A DNA stretch of 64,000 nt from Janthinobacterium sp. GTDB taxonomy: Bacteria; Pseudomonadota; Gammaproteobacteria; Burkholderiales; Burkholderiaceae_D. Numbering within the stretch: position 1 is the stretch's first letter; every line of letters begins with the position of its first letter. The position numbers were made by a program, and so were the translations under genes. Below, piece after piece: positions 1-10,580 of the stretch. The stretch covers positions 1,358 to 65,357 of the forward strand of contig NZ_RFSK01000030.1 of NCBI RefSeq assembly GCF_009923995.1. The letters run 5' to 3'. The notes below the pieces were generated by a model that saw only the letters and a list, made by a program, of their open reading frames with translations, did no database searches and had not been told where the DNA came from.

Positions 1-445
1 AACTGGGGAACGGCCCGAAATACTGGTTTTTCTTGTCCACCGCGCCCCGGTAATACACCATGCGCGGCGCATCGCCGCTGGTGATTTTCAGATACGGGTA
101 CGACTTGTCGTCGCGGAACAGGATGTTGTAGCGGGGCTGCAGGGCCTTGATCAGGTTGTTTTCCAGGATCAGCGCTTCCGCCTCGCTGTGCGTGACGGTC
201 GTTTCCAGGCGCGCGATGCGCTCGACCATCATGGCGATGCGGGGACTGGCCAGGTTCTTCTGGAAATAGCTGGAGACGCGCTTTTTCAGGTCGCGCGCCT
301 TGCCGACGTACAACACCTTGTCGGCCGCATCGAAATAGCGGTACACGCCGGGCAGGTTCGGCAGCTTGGCGACGGTGGCCAGCACTTGCGCGCGCGGGTC
401 GGGCGGCGTTTCCGCCAAGGAAGATTCTGGGCTTGCTTCGGTCAT
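1..445 (-). CDS. uvrC: Excinuclease ABC subunit C, 5' part (runs off the window edge)
   Basis: Manual translation from ATG at 445: MTEASPES...[12 protein letters not shown]...[39 protein letters not shown], the UvrC GIY-YIG N-terminal domain. Confidence 0.95.
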   Translation of the reverse strand, partial: MTEASPESSLAETPPDPRAQVLATVAKLPNLPGVYRYFDAADKVLYVGKARDLKKRVSSYFQKNLASPRIAMMVERIARLETTVTHSEAEALILENNLIKALQPRYNILFRDDKSYPYLKITSGDAPRMVYYRGAVDKKNQYFGPFPS

Positions 446-460
446 TGCTGGCTCTTAAAT

Positions 461-524
461 GGGGTCAGACCCGCCGGGGGAATACGTCCCAATGGGACGC
501 ATTCCGATCGAAAAGACTGACCCC
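461..524 (+). repeat. 64-bp inverted-repeat element (REP/MITE-like), copy 1
   Basis: GGGGTCAGACCC...GACTGACCCC ends with inner hairpin GGAAT-A-CGTCCC-AAT-GGGACG-C-ATTCC. Same length and ends as copies at 18820 and 27680. Confidence 0.85.
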
Positions 525-536
525 GGCATCTCATTG

Positions 537-932
537 CTACTCCGCTTGTTCCACGATCACAAACGCCACGGCATACTCTTCTTCATCGCTGACGGTCACT
601 TGCGCGCTCAGGCGGTGCTGCTCCATGAACTCCGCCAGCACGCCGCTGCAGACGATCATCGGCTTGCCGCTGGGATGGTTCAGCATCTGCGCGGCGGGCC
701 ACGTCATCGGCATGCGCAGGCCCAGGCCGATGGCCTTGGAAAACGCCTCCTTGGCGGCGAAACGGGTGGCGAGGAAGCGCACGCCGCGCACGGCATGCTT
801 GGCGCTGCGGGCGCGGAATTTTTCCAGCTCCTGCGGCCCCAGTATCTTTTGCGCAAAACGCTCGCCGTGGCGCGCCAGCGCCGCCTCGATGCGGGGAATC
901 TTGCAGATGTCGGTACCGATGCCGTAGATCAT
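537..932 (-). CDS. acpS: Holo-[acyl-carrier-protein] synthase
   Basis: MIYGIGTDI...[13 protein letters not shown]...[12 protein letters not shown] motifs; directly downstream of pdxJ. Confidence 0.95.
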   Translation of the reverse strand: MIYGIGTDICKIPRIEAALARHGERFAQKILGPQELEKFRARSAKHAVRGVRFLATRFAAKEAFSKAIGLGLRMPMTWPAAQMLNHPSGKPMIVCSGVLAEFMEQHRLSAQVTVSDEEEYAVAFVIVEQAE

Positions 933-954
933 GCTGCCTCCTGTGTCCGCGCGC

Positions 955-1716
955 TTATGCCTTGCTGGCCAGGCGCGTGGCCACCATGATGGCCTTCATT
1001 TCGCGCACGGCGTTTTCCCAGCCGACAAACACGGCATGGGCGACGATGGCGTGGCCGATGTTCAGTTCGGCAATTTCCGGGATGGCGGCAATCGCCTGCA
1101 CGTTGGTGTAATGCAAGCCGTGGCCCGCATTCACCTTCAAGCCCCGGCCCACGCCGAACAGCACGCCCGCCTTGATGCGCTCCAGCTCGGCCAGCTGCTC
1201 GGCGCCTTCGGTGTCCGCATAGCGGCCCGTGTGCAGCTCGATGACGGGCGCCTTCAACTCGGCGGCGGCGGCGATCTGCTGCTCGTCCGCATCGATGAAC
1301 AGGCTCACGCGGATGCCCTCGCCCTGCAATTGCTGCACGGCCGCCTGCACTTCCTTGAAGTAGCGCACCACGTCCAGGCCGCCTTCGGTCGTCACTTCCG
1401 TGCGCTTTTCCGGCACCAGGCACACGTCCGCCGGGCGGATGCGGCAAGCGAAGTCGATCATCTCCTGCGTGACGGCCGCTTCCAGGTTCATGCGCGTGAG
1501 CAATTGCGGCGCGATGGCGATCACATCCGCATCCTTGATGTGGCGGCGGTCTTCGCGCAAATGCAGGGTGATGGCGTCGGCGCCCGCCTGTTCGGCCAGC
1601 AGGGCCGCGCGGATCGGATCCGGATAGGCCGTGCCGCGCGCATTGCGCAAGGTGGCCACGTGGTCGATATTGACGCCCAAGTCGATGACGGGGCCGGAAG
1701 GCTGCAAAAAGCTCAT
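955..1716 (-). CDS. pdxJ: Pyridoxine 5'-phosphate synthase
   Basis: [39 protein letters not shown] motifs. Confidence 0.97.
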   Translation of the reverse strand: MSFLQPSGPVIDLGVNIDHVATLRNARGTAYPDPIRAALLAEQAGADAITLHLREDRRHIKDADVIAIAPQLLTRMNLEAAVTQEMIDFACRIRPADVCLVPEKRTEVTTEGGLDVVRYFKEVQAAVQQLQGEGIRVSLFIDADEQQIAAAAELKAPVIELHTGRYADTEGAEQLAELERIKAGVLFGVGRGLKVNAGHGLHYTNVQAIAAIPEIAELNIGHAIVAHAVFVGWENAVREMKAIMVATRLASKA

Positions 1717-1758
1717 AGTGATGGTATCCGTAAAGTGCTGTCGCGCGGCACAGCGCCG

Positions 1759-2610
1759 CTACAGCTGCATTAAATCGATCAATATCTGGCGCGTATTCAA
1801 GGTGGCGCCCCCCAGCTGATGGGCCAGCAGGAAGCGCATCAGCAGCTTGCTTTGCGCCTGCGTGGCCACATCGCCATATTCTTCGCGCTCCATGTCAAGC
1901 AGGGTCTTGCCCGTGATCTTAGGCCAGGCGTCGGCGGCGCGCGCCGGGCGCGGCCCCCGCTCCGGGTCCACCACGTACACCTGCCCCGCATCGACGGCCT
2001 GGCGCGTGCCCGTGCAGCGCGTCAGGTCGGCCGCCACGCCCGTTTCCTTGAGCAGGGCGCGCTCGAACTTGCGCAGCACGATGGGCGGCGGTTCATTGTG
2101 CGCCAGTTGATTCAAGGTGGCAACGTAGTGGTCGAACAGGACGGGATGCGGATCGTCGCGCGCCAGCAGTTTCACCAGCAGTTCATTCAGGTAAAAGCCG
2201 CACAGCAAGGCCGTCTTTTCCAGCGGCAACATGCCGCCCACCCATTCGGCGCCCGTCAGGATGCGCAGCTCGGATTTGCCCGTCCAGCCCGCCTGCAGGG
2301 GCTGGAAGGTCTGCAGCACGCCCCGCAGCTGCGAATGGGGGCGCTTGGCGCCCTTGGCGACGAGCGCGATGCGGCCGTATTCGCGCGTGAACACGTCGAC
2401 GATGAGGCTGGTTTCTTTATGCGGATAGCTGTGCAGCACGAAGGCGGGCTGGCCCGTGACCTTGCCGTCGCGCGCGGGCGGACGGCTGCGCCGCGGCGCG
2501 GCGGGTGGAGCGCATGCGGGAATGGCGGCCGGCGGCGCGAGGGCCGCCGGCGCGGGAACGACGAGTGAAGCTGGCGCGAGATCAGGCTGCGCTGGCGTGG
2601 TGGTGCTCAT
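1759..2610 (-). CDS. recO: DNA repair protein RecO (Pro/Ala-rich N-terminal extension, start uncertain)
   Basis: [36 protein letters not shown]; era-recO-pdxJ synteny. Confidence 0.93.
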   Translation of the reverse strand: MSTTTPAQPDLAPASLVVPAPAALAPPAAIPACAPPAAPRRSRPPARDGKVTGQPAFVLHSYPHKETSLIVDVFTREYGRIALVAKGAKRPHSQLRGVLQTFQPLQAGWTGKSELRILTGAEWVGGMLPLEKTALLCGFYLNELLVKLLARDDPHPVLFDHYVATLNQLAHNEPPPIVLRKFERALLKETGVAADLTRCTGTRQAVDAGQVYVVDPERGPRPARAADAWPKITGKTLLDMEREEYGDVATQAQSKLLMRFLLAHQLGGATLNTRQILIDLMQL

Positions 2611-2638
2611 GCGTGTGGCGTCGCCCCCGGGTTGCGGA

Positions 2639-3541
2639 TTACTCGTAGCCGTAGGCGCGCAAGCCCGCCTCGTTGTCGGCCCAGCCCGATTTGACCTTGA
2701 CCCAGATTTCCAGGTACACGGGGCCGCCGAACAGTTTTTCCATGTCCAGGCGGGCCTGGGTGGAGACTTCCTTCAGGCGCGCGCCCTTGTTGCCGATAAT
2801 CATGGACTTGTGCGTATCGCGCTCGACGAGGATGGCGGCAAACACGCGGCGCAGATCGCCTTCCTGCTCGAATTTCTCGATCAGCACGGTGCTCGTGTAC
2901 GGCAGTTCGTCGCCGACGAAGCGGAACAGCTTTTCGCGCACGATTTCCGAGGCGAGGAATTTTTCGCTGCGGTCCGTGATGTCGTCCGGCCCGAAGATGG
3001 GCTGGTTTTCCGGCAAGAAACGCTTGATCTCGTTCTGCAAGCCTTCCAGCTGGAAATGCAGCTTGGCCGAGACGGGCACGATGGCGGCGAAGTCGCGCAT
3101 GGCGGCGATTTTTTGCGCGAACGGCAACAATACGGCCTTATCCTTGACGCGATCGGACTTGTTGATGACGAGGATGCACGGCACTTCCTTCGGCAGCAGG
3201 TCCATCACTTGCTGGTCGGCCGGGCCGAAGGTGCCCGCCTCGATCACGTACAGAATGACGTCCGAGGAAATCAGGGTATTGGTGACCGTCTTGTTCAGCG
3301 TCTTGTTCAGCGCGTTCGAGTGGCGCGTCTGGAAACCGGGCGTGTCGACGTAGATGAACTGCGCGTCCGGCAAGGTCTGGATGCCCGTGATGCGGTGGCG
3401 CGTCGTTTGCGCCTTGCGCGAAGTGATGCTGACCTTCGCGCCGATCAGCACGTTCATCAGGGTCGATTTGCCCACGTTGGGGCGGCCCACGATGGCGATA
3501 TAGCCACAGCGGAAGTTGTCAGGCATTTTGGTGGTGGTCAT
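2639..3541 (-). CDS. era: GTPase Era
   Basis: [21 protein letters not shown] and KH domain. Start set at ATG 3541, just after the rnc stop. Confidence 0.97.
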   Translation of the reverse strand: MTTTKMPDNFRCGYIAIVGRPNVGKSTLMNVLIGAKVSITSRKAQTTRHRITGIQTLPDAQFIYVDTPGFQTRHSNALNKTLNKTVTNTLISSDVILYVIEAGTFGPADQQVMDLLPKEVPCILVINKSDRVKDKAVLLPFAQKIAAMRDFAAIVPVSAKLHFQLEGLQNEIKRFLPENQPIFGPDDITDRSEKFLASEIVREKLFRFVGDELPYTSTVLIEKFEQEGDLRRVFAAILVERDTHKSMIIGNKGARLKEVSTQARLDMEKLFGGPVYLEIWVKVKSGWADNEAGLRAYGYE

Positions 3542-3542
3542 G

Positions 3543-4358
3543 CTAGTGTCGATTCTGTGTAGTGTGAGCGGCGATCGCGGGGGCCGCAGGGGCTTGCGCG
3601 TCGTCGCTCTGGATGGTGGCAATGCCGGCCAGCTTGAGCTGGGCGGCGCGCGGTTTGGGCTTGCGGCTGGCGGCTGGCGACTTCAGCAGTGCCTGCTCGG
3701 CCACCTCCAGCGCCAGTTTGGCGGCGGCTTGCTCACCGGCGCGGCGGCTTCCGCCACGGCCGTAGACCTGGATGTTCAATTTCGGCACCAGGCATTCGAT
3801 CTCGAATTCCTGGCTGTGGGCGGCGCCGTGGGTGGCCACCACGTTGTACTGTGGCAGCGAAATTTTCTTGCTTTGCAGAAACTCCTGCAGCAGGGTCTTG
3901 GCATCCTTGCCCAGGGTCTGCGGATCGACCGAGTCGAGGATGGGAATGTAGAAGGCGCGGATCACCGTGCTGGCCGCATCGAAGCCCGTGTCGAGGAAGA
4001 TGGCGCCCAGCAGCGCTTCCAGCGTGTCGGCGAGGATGGATGGCCGGCGGAAGCCGCCCGACTTCAGTTCGCCTTCGCCCAGGCGCAGGAACTGCGACAA
4101 TTCCAGCTTTTGCGCGATTTCGTACAGCGACTGCTGCTTCACCAGGTTGGCGCGCAGGCGCGACAGGTCGCCCTCGTCGATGGCCTTGAAGCGTTCGTAC
4201 AGGATGGAAGCGACCACGCAGTTGAGGATGGAGTCGCCGAGGAATTCCAGCCGCTCGTTATGCAAACTGCTGTGGCTACGGTGCGTCAAGGCTTGCTGCA
4301 ACAGGCCAGCATCCTGGAACGTATAGCCTAGACGGGTTTGCAATAGCTGAAGATTCAT
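3543..4358 (-). CDS. rnc: Ribonuclease III
   Basis: [13 protein letters not shown] signature plus dsRBD. Confidence 0.97.
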   Translation of the reverse strand: MNLQLLQTRLGYTFQDAGLLQQALTHRSHSSLHNERLEFLGDSILNCVVASILYERFKAIDEGDLSRLRANLVKQQSLYEIAQKLELSQFLRLGEGELKSGGFRRPSILADTLEALLGAIFLDTGFDAASTVIRAFYIPILDSVDPQTLGKDAKTLLQEFLQSKKISLPQYNVVATHGAAHSQEFEIECLVPKLNIQVYGRGGSRRAGEQAAAKLALEVAEQALLKSPAASRKPKPRAAQLKLAGIATIQSDDAQAPAAPAIAAHTTQNRH

Positions 4359-4445
4359 TGTTGTTTCTGTGTCATCTGATTGATTCGGCTGGCCGCCGCG
4401 CGGGGAATCGGCGCGGCAGCCATGGGTAGTGCATGCAAGAAAGAC

Positions 4446-5363
4446 TTAATGGATGCCGCCTACGCGTTTCGGGTTGCTGAAATTCATCCATACGAGGAAA
4501 GCCTTGCCGACGATGTTTTCGTTCGGCACGAAGCCCCAGTAGCGGCTGTCCGCGCTATTGTCGCGGTTGTCGCCCATCATGAAATAGTTGCCTGGTGGCA
4601 CCACGCAAGTAAAACCGTCTTCGTTGTAGTCGCACGCTTCCTTGTGCGGGAAATCCTTGACTTCGCGCAAGTTCAAGGTCGGCGCCGGCTCATCGTTGAG
4701 GATGCGGTGGCTCACGCCCGTCAGGTTTTCTTCCAGCTGCTTGTGGTACACGGTGCTTTCGTCGTCCAGGTAGTCGTCCAGCGGCGTGTACTGCACTTCC
4801 TTGCCGTTGACCGTCAAGCGCTTGTTTTCATAGGTGATTTTATCACCGGGCACGCCGATCACGCGCTTGATATAGTCTTGCGACATATCTTTCGGATACT
4901 TGAACACCATCACGTCGCCGCGCTGCGGGTCGTTCACTTCGATGATGCGCTTGTTGACGATCGGCAAACGGATGCCATACGTGAACTTGTTCACCAGGAT
5001 CAGATCGCCCACCAGCAAGGTCGGCACCATCGAGCTCGACGGAATCTTGAATGGCTCGTACAGGAACGAACGCAGGCAGAACACGAGGGCGATGACGGGG
5101 AAGAAGCTGCCCGAATACTCGACCCAGGTGGGCTGGCGCAACAGGGCTGCCTCGATGGCGGCGCGGTTGCCGCCCGCATCGGACTTGATGCCTTCGGCCG
5201 ACAGCCGGGACTGGCGCGCATCGAACTCGGCCAGGGCGCGGTCGGCCGCCTTGCGGCGCTGCTTGGACAGGTAGAACACGTCCAGGCACCAGACCAGGCC
5301 CGTCAGCACCATCAGCACGAACAGGATTAAAGCGAAATTTCCTAAGATCACTTGCAGGTTCAT
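4446..5363 (-). CDS. lepB: Signal peptidase I
   Basis: [36 protein letters not shown]. Confidence 0.97.
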   Translation of the reverse strand: MNLQVILGNFALILFVLMVLTGLVWCLDVFYLSKQRRKAADRALAEFDARQSRLSAEGIKSDAGGNRAAIEAALLRQPTWVEYSGSFFPVIALVFCLRSFLYEPFKIPSSSMVPTLLVGDLILVNKFTYGIRLPIVNKRIIEVNDPQRGDVMVFKYPKDMSQDYIKRVIGVPGDKITYENKRLTVNGKEVQYTPLDDYLDDESTVYHKQLEENLTGVSHRILNDEPAPTLNLREVKDFPHKEACDYNEDGFTCVVPPGNYFMMGDNRDNSADSRYWGFVPNENIVGKAFLVWMNFSNPKRVGGIH

Positions 5364-7153
5364 TTATCGTCCACTTGTAAAATTGCCAGGAATGCTTCTT
5401 GCGGGATCTCCACGGAACCCACTTGCTTCATGCGCTTCTTACCCGCCTTTTGTTTTTCCAGCAATTTTTTCTTGCGGCTGATATCGCCGCCATAGCACTT
5501 CGCCAGCACGTTCTTGCGCAAGGCCTTCACGTTTTCGCGCGAAATGATGTTGGCGCCGATGGTGGCCTGGATGGCCACGTCGAACATCTGGCGCGGAATC
5601 AGTTCGCGCATCTTGGCGGCCACCTGGCGGCCACGGTACTGGCTGTTCGAGCGGTGGACGATGATGGCCAGCGCATCGACCTTTTCGCTGTTGATCAGCA
5701 TGTCGACCTTGACCACGTCGGCCGCGCGGTATTCCTTGAACTCGTAGTCCATCGAGGCATAGCCGCGCGACGTCGATTTCAGGCGGTCGAAGAAGTCCAG
5801 CACGATCTCGGCCATCGGCATTTCATACACGAGCTTGACCTGGCGGCCGTGGTAGCTCATGTCCATCTGGATGCCGCGCTTGGCGATGCACAGAGTGATC
5901 ACGGAACCCACGTATTCCTGCGGCATGTACAGGTTGACGGTGACGATAGGCTCGCGCACTTCCTCGATGCGCGACGGATCGGGCATCTTCGACGGATTGT
6001 CGACGTTGATCAGGGTGCCATCGCGCTGGATCACTTCGTACACGACGGTCGGCGCCGTCGTGATCAGGTCCATGTCGAATTCGCGCTCCAGGCGTTCCTG
6101 CACGATTTCCATGTGCAGCAGGCCCAGGAAGCCGCAGCGGAAGCCGAAGCCCAGCGCCTGCGACACTTCCGGCTCGTACATCAGGGCCGCGTCGTTCAGT
6201 TTCAGTTTTTCCAGCGAGTCGCGCAGCGCGTCGTACTGGTTCGCTTCCACGGGGAACAGGCCGGCAAACACTTGCGGCTGCACTTCCTTGAAGCCAGGCA
6301 ATGGCTCGGCGGCAGGACGGTTGGCCAGGGTGACCGTATCGCCCACTTTCGCCGCCTTCAATTCCTTGATGCCGGCGATGATGAAGCCCACCTGGCCTGC
6401 CGACAATTGCGGCAAGGATTGCGAACGGGGCGAGAAGACGCCGATGTCTTCCACCAGCTGCACGGAATCGGTGGCCATCAGGCGGATCTTGTCCTTCGGC
6501 TTCAGGGTGCCGTTGACCACGCGCACCAGCATCACCACGCCCACGTAGGAGTCGTACCAGGAGTCGACGATCAGCGCCTGCAGCGGCGCATCGGGGTCGC
6601 CCTTCGGCGGCGGCACCTTGGCGATCAAGGACTCCAGCACGTCCTGCACGCCCAGGCCCGTCTTGGCCGAGCAATGCACGGCGTCGCCCGCATCGATGCC
6701 GATCACGTCTTCGATCTCGGCAATGGCTGTCGGCGGGTCTGCGTTCGGCAAGTCGATCTTGTTCAGGACCGGCACCACTTCCACGCCCAGGTCCAGCGCC
6801 GTGTAGCAGTTGGCCACGGTTTGCGCTTCCACGCCTTGCGATGCGTCAACGACCAGCAGCGCGCCTTCGCAGGCGGACAGCGAGCGCGACACTTCATAGC
6901 TGAAGTCGACGTGGCCCGGCGTATCGATCAGGTTCAGGTTGTAGATCTGGCCATCGCGGGCCTTGTAGTGCAGGGCCGCCGTTTGCGCCTTGATGGTAAT
7001 GCCGCGCTCGCGCTCCAGATCCATCGAATCGAGCACCTGCGCCTCCATCTCGCGGTCGGACAAGCCGCCGCACAATTGAATGATGCGGTCAGCCAGGGTC
7101 GATTTACCGTGGTCAATATGGGCGATGATGGAGAAGTTGCGTATGTTGTTCAT
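5360..7153 (-). CDS. lepA: Elongation factor 4 (LepA)
   Basis: [20 protein letters not shown] through [16 protein letters not shown]. Confidence 0.98.
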   Translation of the reverse strand: MNNIRNFSIIAHIDHGKSTLADRIIQLCGGLSDREMEAQVLDSMDLERERGITIKAQTAALHYKARDGQIYNLNLIDTPGHVDFSYEVSRSLSACEGALLVVDASQGVEAQTVANCYTALDLGVEVVPVLNKIDLPNADPPTAIAEIEDVIGIDAGDAVHCSAKTGLGVQDVLESLIAKVPPPKGDPDAPLQALIVDSWYDSYVGVVMLVRVVNGTLKPKDKIRLMATDSVQLVEDIGVFSPRSQSLPQLSAGQVGFIIAGIKELKAAKVGDTVTLANRPAAEPLPGFKEVQPQVFAGLFPVEANQYDALRDSLEKLKLNDAALMYEPEVSQALGFGFRCGFLGLLHMEIVQERLEREFDMDLITTAPTVVYEVIQRDGTLINVDNPSKMPDPSRIEEVREPIVTVNLYMPQEYVGSVITLCIAKRGIQMDMSYHGRQVKLVYEMPMAEIVLDFFDRLKSTSRGYASMDYEFKEYRAADVVKVDMLINSEKVDALAIIVHRSNSQYRGRQVAAKMRELIPRQMFDVAIQATIGANIISRENVKALRKNVLAKCYGGDISRKKKLLEKQKAGKKRMKQVGSVEIPQEAFLAILQVDDK

Positions 7154-7243
7154 TAACTAATATAAGTGCGAAGTTGACGACACTGCTTTAACAGGAATCA
7201 TGGGGATCATGCTCGGGCCAGGCCCGGCGCCCCACTCATGATG

Positions 7244-7291
7244 AAAAAAGCGCTCCGAGCAGGACATCTGCATGCCCAGGCGAGCGCTTTT
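7244..7291 (-). terminator. Intrinsic-terminator-like hairpin in the region upstream of lepA
   Basis: Minus strand AAAAGCGCTC-[GGGCAT/ATGTCC inner stem]-GAGCGC followed by TTTTTT, about 90 nt upstream of the lepA ATG. Confidence 0.55.
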
Positions 7292-7459
7292 GAAGCGACA
7301 GAAGCTGCTGCCTCGGACAGTAGCTTTTTCGACCTCCCCATTTTACCGGATTTCAGAGTAGAAAGCCCGTCTTATGAGGCCGGCGCCGGGGCAAGGCCAC
7401 AATTTTGCCTGATTTCAGCACCAGAATGGTGCATTGCAGTGTCAATATTGGTATTTAGC

Positions 7460-7705
7460 CTATACCAGGCAGCGCCGCACGGCCGCTTCGTCGAGGAAAT
7501 AATGGCACAGCTCAGGCTGCGCCAGGTCGCCGAACAGCACCGGCACGAGCTCGTCGAAGCGCGCCAGCAGCGAGGCATCGGGCGAGGCATCGATATCGAT
7601 CACGTCCACCGTGAAGGGCGCAGCGGGCGGCTGCAGCAGGAGCAAGGCGTCCAGCATGTCCTGGCATAAATGGCAATAACTGCGGGAATAGAGGGTAAAG
7701 TGCAT
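7460..7705 (-). CDS. Glutaredoxin-like protein (DUF836-type)
   Basis: YSRSYCHLC CxxC, VIDID, ELVPVL; conserved position between mucD/degP and lepA. Confidence 0.85.
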   Translation of the reverse strand: MHFTLYSRSYCHLCQDMLDALLLLQPPAAPFTVDVIDIDASPDASLLARFDELVPVLFGDLAQPELCHYFLDEAAVRRCLV

Positions 7706-7759
7706 GGCGGGCAGGATACCGCATCCCGGCTGCGGCCGGAATGCGGGAGGATCACCTAG

Positions 7760-9256
7760 TTACTTCGCCGACGGGCGCAGCGAGACGAACTGGGCCACGT
7801 CGCCACGGCGCACCAGCACGGCCGCGGATTTCTTCGGATCGAGCTTGGCCACCAGCGCGTTGAACTGCTTGGCATCTTTGACGGCAACATTATTCAACTG
7901 CAAGATGACGTCGCCAGGCTGCAGGCCCGCCAGGGCGGCCACGCCGTCCGCGTCGTCGACCTGCACGCCGCCGTCGATTTTCAGCTCCTGCTTCTTCGCG
8001 GCCGGCACGTCGCTGACCTTCAGGCCCAGCGCGTTGACGGCTTGCGCTTCCGGCTCCTTGACGCCCTTCTTCGCCGTCTTGTCGCCTTCCAGCTCGACCA
8101 CGGTGACGGGAATGTCCTGTTGCGCGCCCTTGCGCCAGACGGTGACGGTGGACTTGCCGTTGACGGGCGCGCCGCCGACCAGGCGCGGCAGGTCGGACGA
8201 GCGCTCGATGGCCGTGCCGTTGAATTTCAGGATGATGTCGCCCGGCTTGATGCCCGCCTTGTCGGCAGGACCGCCCTCTTCCACCATCGACACTTGCGCG
8301 CCCTTGGCGTTCGGCAAGCCCAGCGACTGGGCCACGTCCTTGCTCACTTCGCCGATCTGCACGCCGATGCGTCCGCGCACCACCTTGCCCGTCTTCTTCA
8401 GCTGCTCGCCCACGCGCATGGCTTCGTCGATGGGCACGGCAAACGAGATGCCGTTGTAGGCGCCGGACAGGGTAGCGATCTGCGAGTTGATGCCGATCAC
8501 TTCACCGCGCATATTGATCAGCGGGCCGCCCGAGTTGCCGGGATTGACGGCCACGTCGCTCTGGATCAGGGGCAGGTAATCGCCCGTATCGCGGGACTTG
8601 GCGGAAATAATGCCGGCCGTCACCGTGTTTTCCAGGTTGAAGGGCGAACCGATGGCGATCACCCATTCGCCCACGCGGATCTTGTTCGAGTCGCCGATGG
8701 TCAGGCGCGGCAGGTTGCCGCCTTCGATTTTCAGCAGGGCCACGTCGGTGCGCGCATCGGCGCCGATCACCTTGGCCTTGAATTCGCGCTTGTCCGTCAG
8801 GGTCACGTAGACTTCGTCGGCGCCATCGACCACGTGCGCATTGCTCAGCACGTAACCGTCGGCCGAAATGATGAAGCCGGAACCGACGCCGCGCTGCACT
8901 TCCTGCTCTTGCGGCACGGCACGACGGCCGCCGCGCGGCGCCTGCTGGCGCGGCGTCGGCATGGCGCCGCCAAAGAAGCGGCGCAGGAATTCCTGCATTT
9001 CCTGTTCATCCTGGCCGCCGGCACCGGCGCCGCCCATTTTCAGGCGCTCGGTGGTGCGGATATTCACGACGGCGGGGCCGACGGCGTCCACCAGGTCGGA
9101 AAAATCAGGCAACTTTACGGCCGGCACGGCCGCCTGCGCTTGCGGCGCCAGGCCCAGCATGGTCGGGGCGAGGAAGACACCAGCCGTACCGAACAATAAG
9201 GCGGAAAGCGTCTTCACTGAAAACGTCTTGCTGGCGGCACACATGTTTTTTTTCAT
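7760..9256 (-). CDS. degP: DegP/MucD (DegQ family) periplasmic serine endoprotease with 2 PDZ domains
   Basis: Signal peptide, SNAHVV, NPGNSGGPL, two PDZ domains; downstream of rpoE. Confidence 0.92.
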   Translation of the reverse strand: MKKNMCAASKTFSVKTLSALLFGTAGVFLAPTMLGLAPQAQAAVPAVKLPDFSDLVDAVGPAVVNIRTTERLKMGGAGAGGQDEQEMQEFLRRFFGGAMPTPRQQAPRGGRRAVPQEQEVQRGVGSGFIISADGYVLSNAHVVDGADEVYVTLTDKREFKAKVIGADARTDVALLKIEGGNLPRLTIGDSNKIRVGEWVIAIGSPFNLENTVTAGIISAKSRDTGDYLPLIQSDVAVNPGNSGGPLINMRGEVIGINSQIATLSGAYNGISFAVPIDEAMRVGEQLKKTGKVVRGRIGVQIGEVSKDVAQSLGLPNAKGAQVSMVEEGGPADKAGIKPGDIILKFNGTAIERSSDLPRLVGGAPVNGKSTVTVWRKGAQQDIPVTVVELEGDKTAKKGVKEPEAQAVNALGLKVSDVPAAKKQELKIDGGVQVDDADGVAALAGLQPGDVILQLNNVAVKDAKQFNALVAKLDPKKSAAVLVRRGDVAQFVSLRPSAK

Positions 9257-9509
9257 GGAAAGGATCTTTTCGAATATTAAAACGGATCAGGCGATTGCCC
9301 ACGTGCATGATTCACCCGCATCGCGGAATTTCGGGGGACGACACACCCGGCAGCACGCATGGCAAACCATACAACAATATATCGCAAAAGCAAGATATTG
9401 CCTGTTCATAGTGTCAATCGTGTAGAAGGCCCATGTCAAGAGCGGCAGACGGCCGTTAAGCCTCGCGTAAGGTGCCGGGGGCGCGCAGGCGCGCGGCGGC
9501 GTGACGGGC

Positions 9510-9818
9510 CTAGCGCTGCACCAGCGGCCCCGCCTCCAGCGGTTCCGGCAGGCCGGGCGGCACGATGGCAGCGGTCACGGGTGCCAGCGGCGCGGACTCG
9601 GCCGCCAGGCGGCTGGCCAGGCGCGCGTCGAACTGGGCGCTCAACTCATGGCCGCACTGGTCCGAGCGCAAGGTATCGCCGATGCGGCGATACGCATCCC
9701 AGGCTTGCCGGCCCTCGTCCGTGTCGAGGGCGGCAAAGGCCAGTTCGAGCTCACTGGCCGCCAGCTCGCCATCGGCCAGGGCGGAAATCGTCTCGAGCAA
9801 TCGTGTGTGCGTGTCCAT
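9510..9818 (-). CDS. rseA: Anti-sigma-E factor RseA, N-terminal domain only (no TM or periplasmic part)
   Basis: ISALADGEL...WDAYRRIGDTLRS is the RseA_N motif; the ORF stops after about 102 aa with no hydrophobic segment. Confidence 0.8.
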   Translation of the reverse strand: MDTHTRLLETISALADGELAASELELAFAALDTDEGRQAWDAYRRIGDTLRSDQCGHELSAQFDARLASRLAAESAPLAPVTAAIVPPGLPEPLEAGPLVQR

Positions 9819-9890
9819 GATAGGCCCTGCCATTTCAAGAGGATCGGTGCGGAAACCGGGCGCAGCCATGCCAACCTCATACTCATCACA

Positions 9891-10493
9891 TTACCAGCGC
9901 TTGTCAATCGGCATGTCCAACAAAGGCTTCAATTTCTCCGCGATCACTTCGCGCGCGCGGAAAATGCGGCTGCGCACGGTGCCGATGGGGCATGCCATGA
10001 TCTCCGATATTTCTTCGTAGCTCAGTCCCTCTATTTCGCGCAGTACGATGGCCGTGCGCAACTCGATGGGCAGCACATCCATGGCGGCATTGACGGTCGC
10101 CGCAATCTGCTTGCTGGCCAGCACTGATTCGGGGGTATTGTTATCGCGCAACTTATTGCCGTCATCGAAGGATTCCGCCTGCTCGGCGTCGGCGTCGCTG
10201 GACGTGGCGGCGCGCCGCCCCTGGGTGACGAGGTAATTCTTCGCCGTATTGATGCCGATGCGATACAACCACGTATAGAAGGCGGCGTCGCCGCGGAAAT
10301 GCCGCAGCGCCCGATACGCCTTGATAAAGGTTTCCTGCACCACATCTTCGGCCTCCGCCGGGTCATGCACCAGGCGCGACACCAGGCGCATCAGGCGGCG
10401 CTGGTACTTCGATACCAGCACGTCAAATGCCCGCTTGTCGCCAGCCCGCACCCGCTCGACCAGTAACTGATCATACTCGCGCTCTGTCCTCAC
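9891..10493 (-). CDS. rpoE: ECF sigma factor RpoE
   Basis: DQLLVERV, AEDVVQETFIKAYRAL, FYTWLYRIGINTAKNYL, GLSYEEI, CPIGTVRSRIFRARE. GTG start at 10493 chosen by analogy to MTTERExDQ starts; upstream ATG at 10514 is possible. Confidence 0.96.
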   Translation of the reverse strand: MRTEREYDQLLVERVRAGDKRAFDVLVSKYQRRLMRLVSRLVHDPAEAEDVVQETFIKAYRALRHFRGDAAFYTWLYRIGINTAKNYLVTQGRRAATSSDADAEQAESFDDGNKLRDNNTPESVLASKQIAATVNAAMDVLPIELRTAIVLREIEGLSYEEISEIMACPIGTVRSRIFRAREVIAEKLKPLLDMPIDKRW

Positions 10494-10537
10494 GCCCCAT
10501 GTCCCCGTTGGCATGCAGCGTGGGCGCCCGTATGGAT

Positions 10538-10564
10538 ATAGAGTTGGCCCGCTGCAAGAAGTTC
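10538..10564 (-). promoter_or_regulatory. Sigma-E (RpoE/AlgU-type) promoter upstream of rpoE
   Basis: Minus strand GAACTT-N16-TCTAT, matching the AlgU/RpoE consensus GAACTT-N16/17-TCTRA; typical autoregulation. Confidence 0.7.
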
Positions 10565-10580
10565 AGTGTTCACCCCACTT

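Noticed and set aside
1759-2610. Pro/Ala-rich N-terminal extension on RecO; also the upstream in-frame extensions of era, plsX, rlmJ, fabG and maf in the ORF track
   Set aside because: The latter are best explained by ORF-caller choice of upstream starts. The RecO extension is low complexity with an uncertain start and nothing further supports it.
4359-4445. Short lepB-rnc gap with a GC hairpin and no DUF4845 gene
   Set aside because: It could be an RNase III autoregulatory stem, but the stem is short and GC hairpins are common here; loss of the small gene is ordinary variation.
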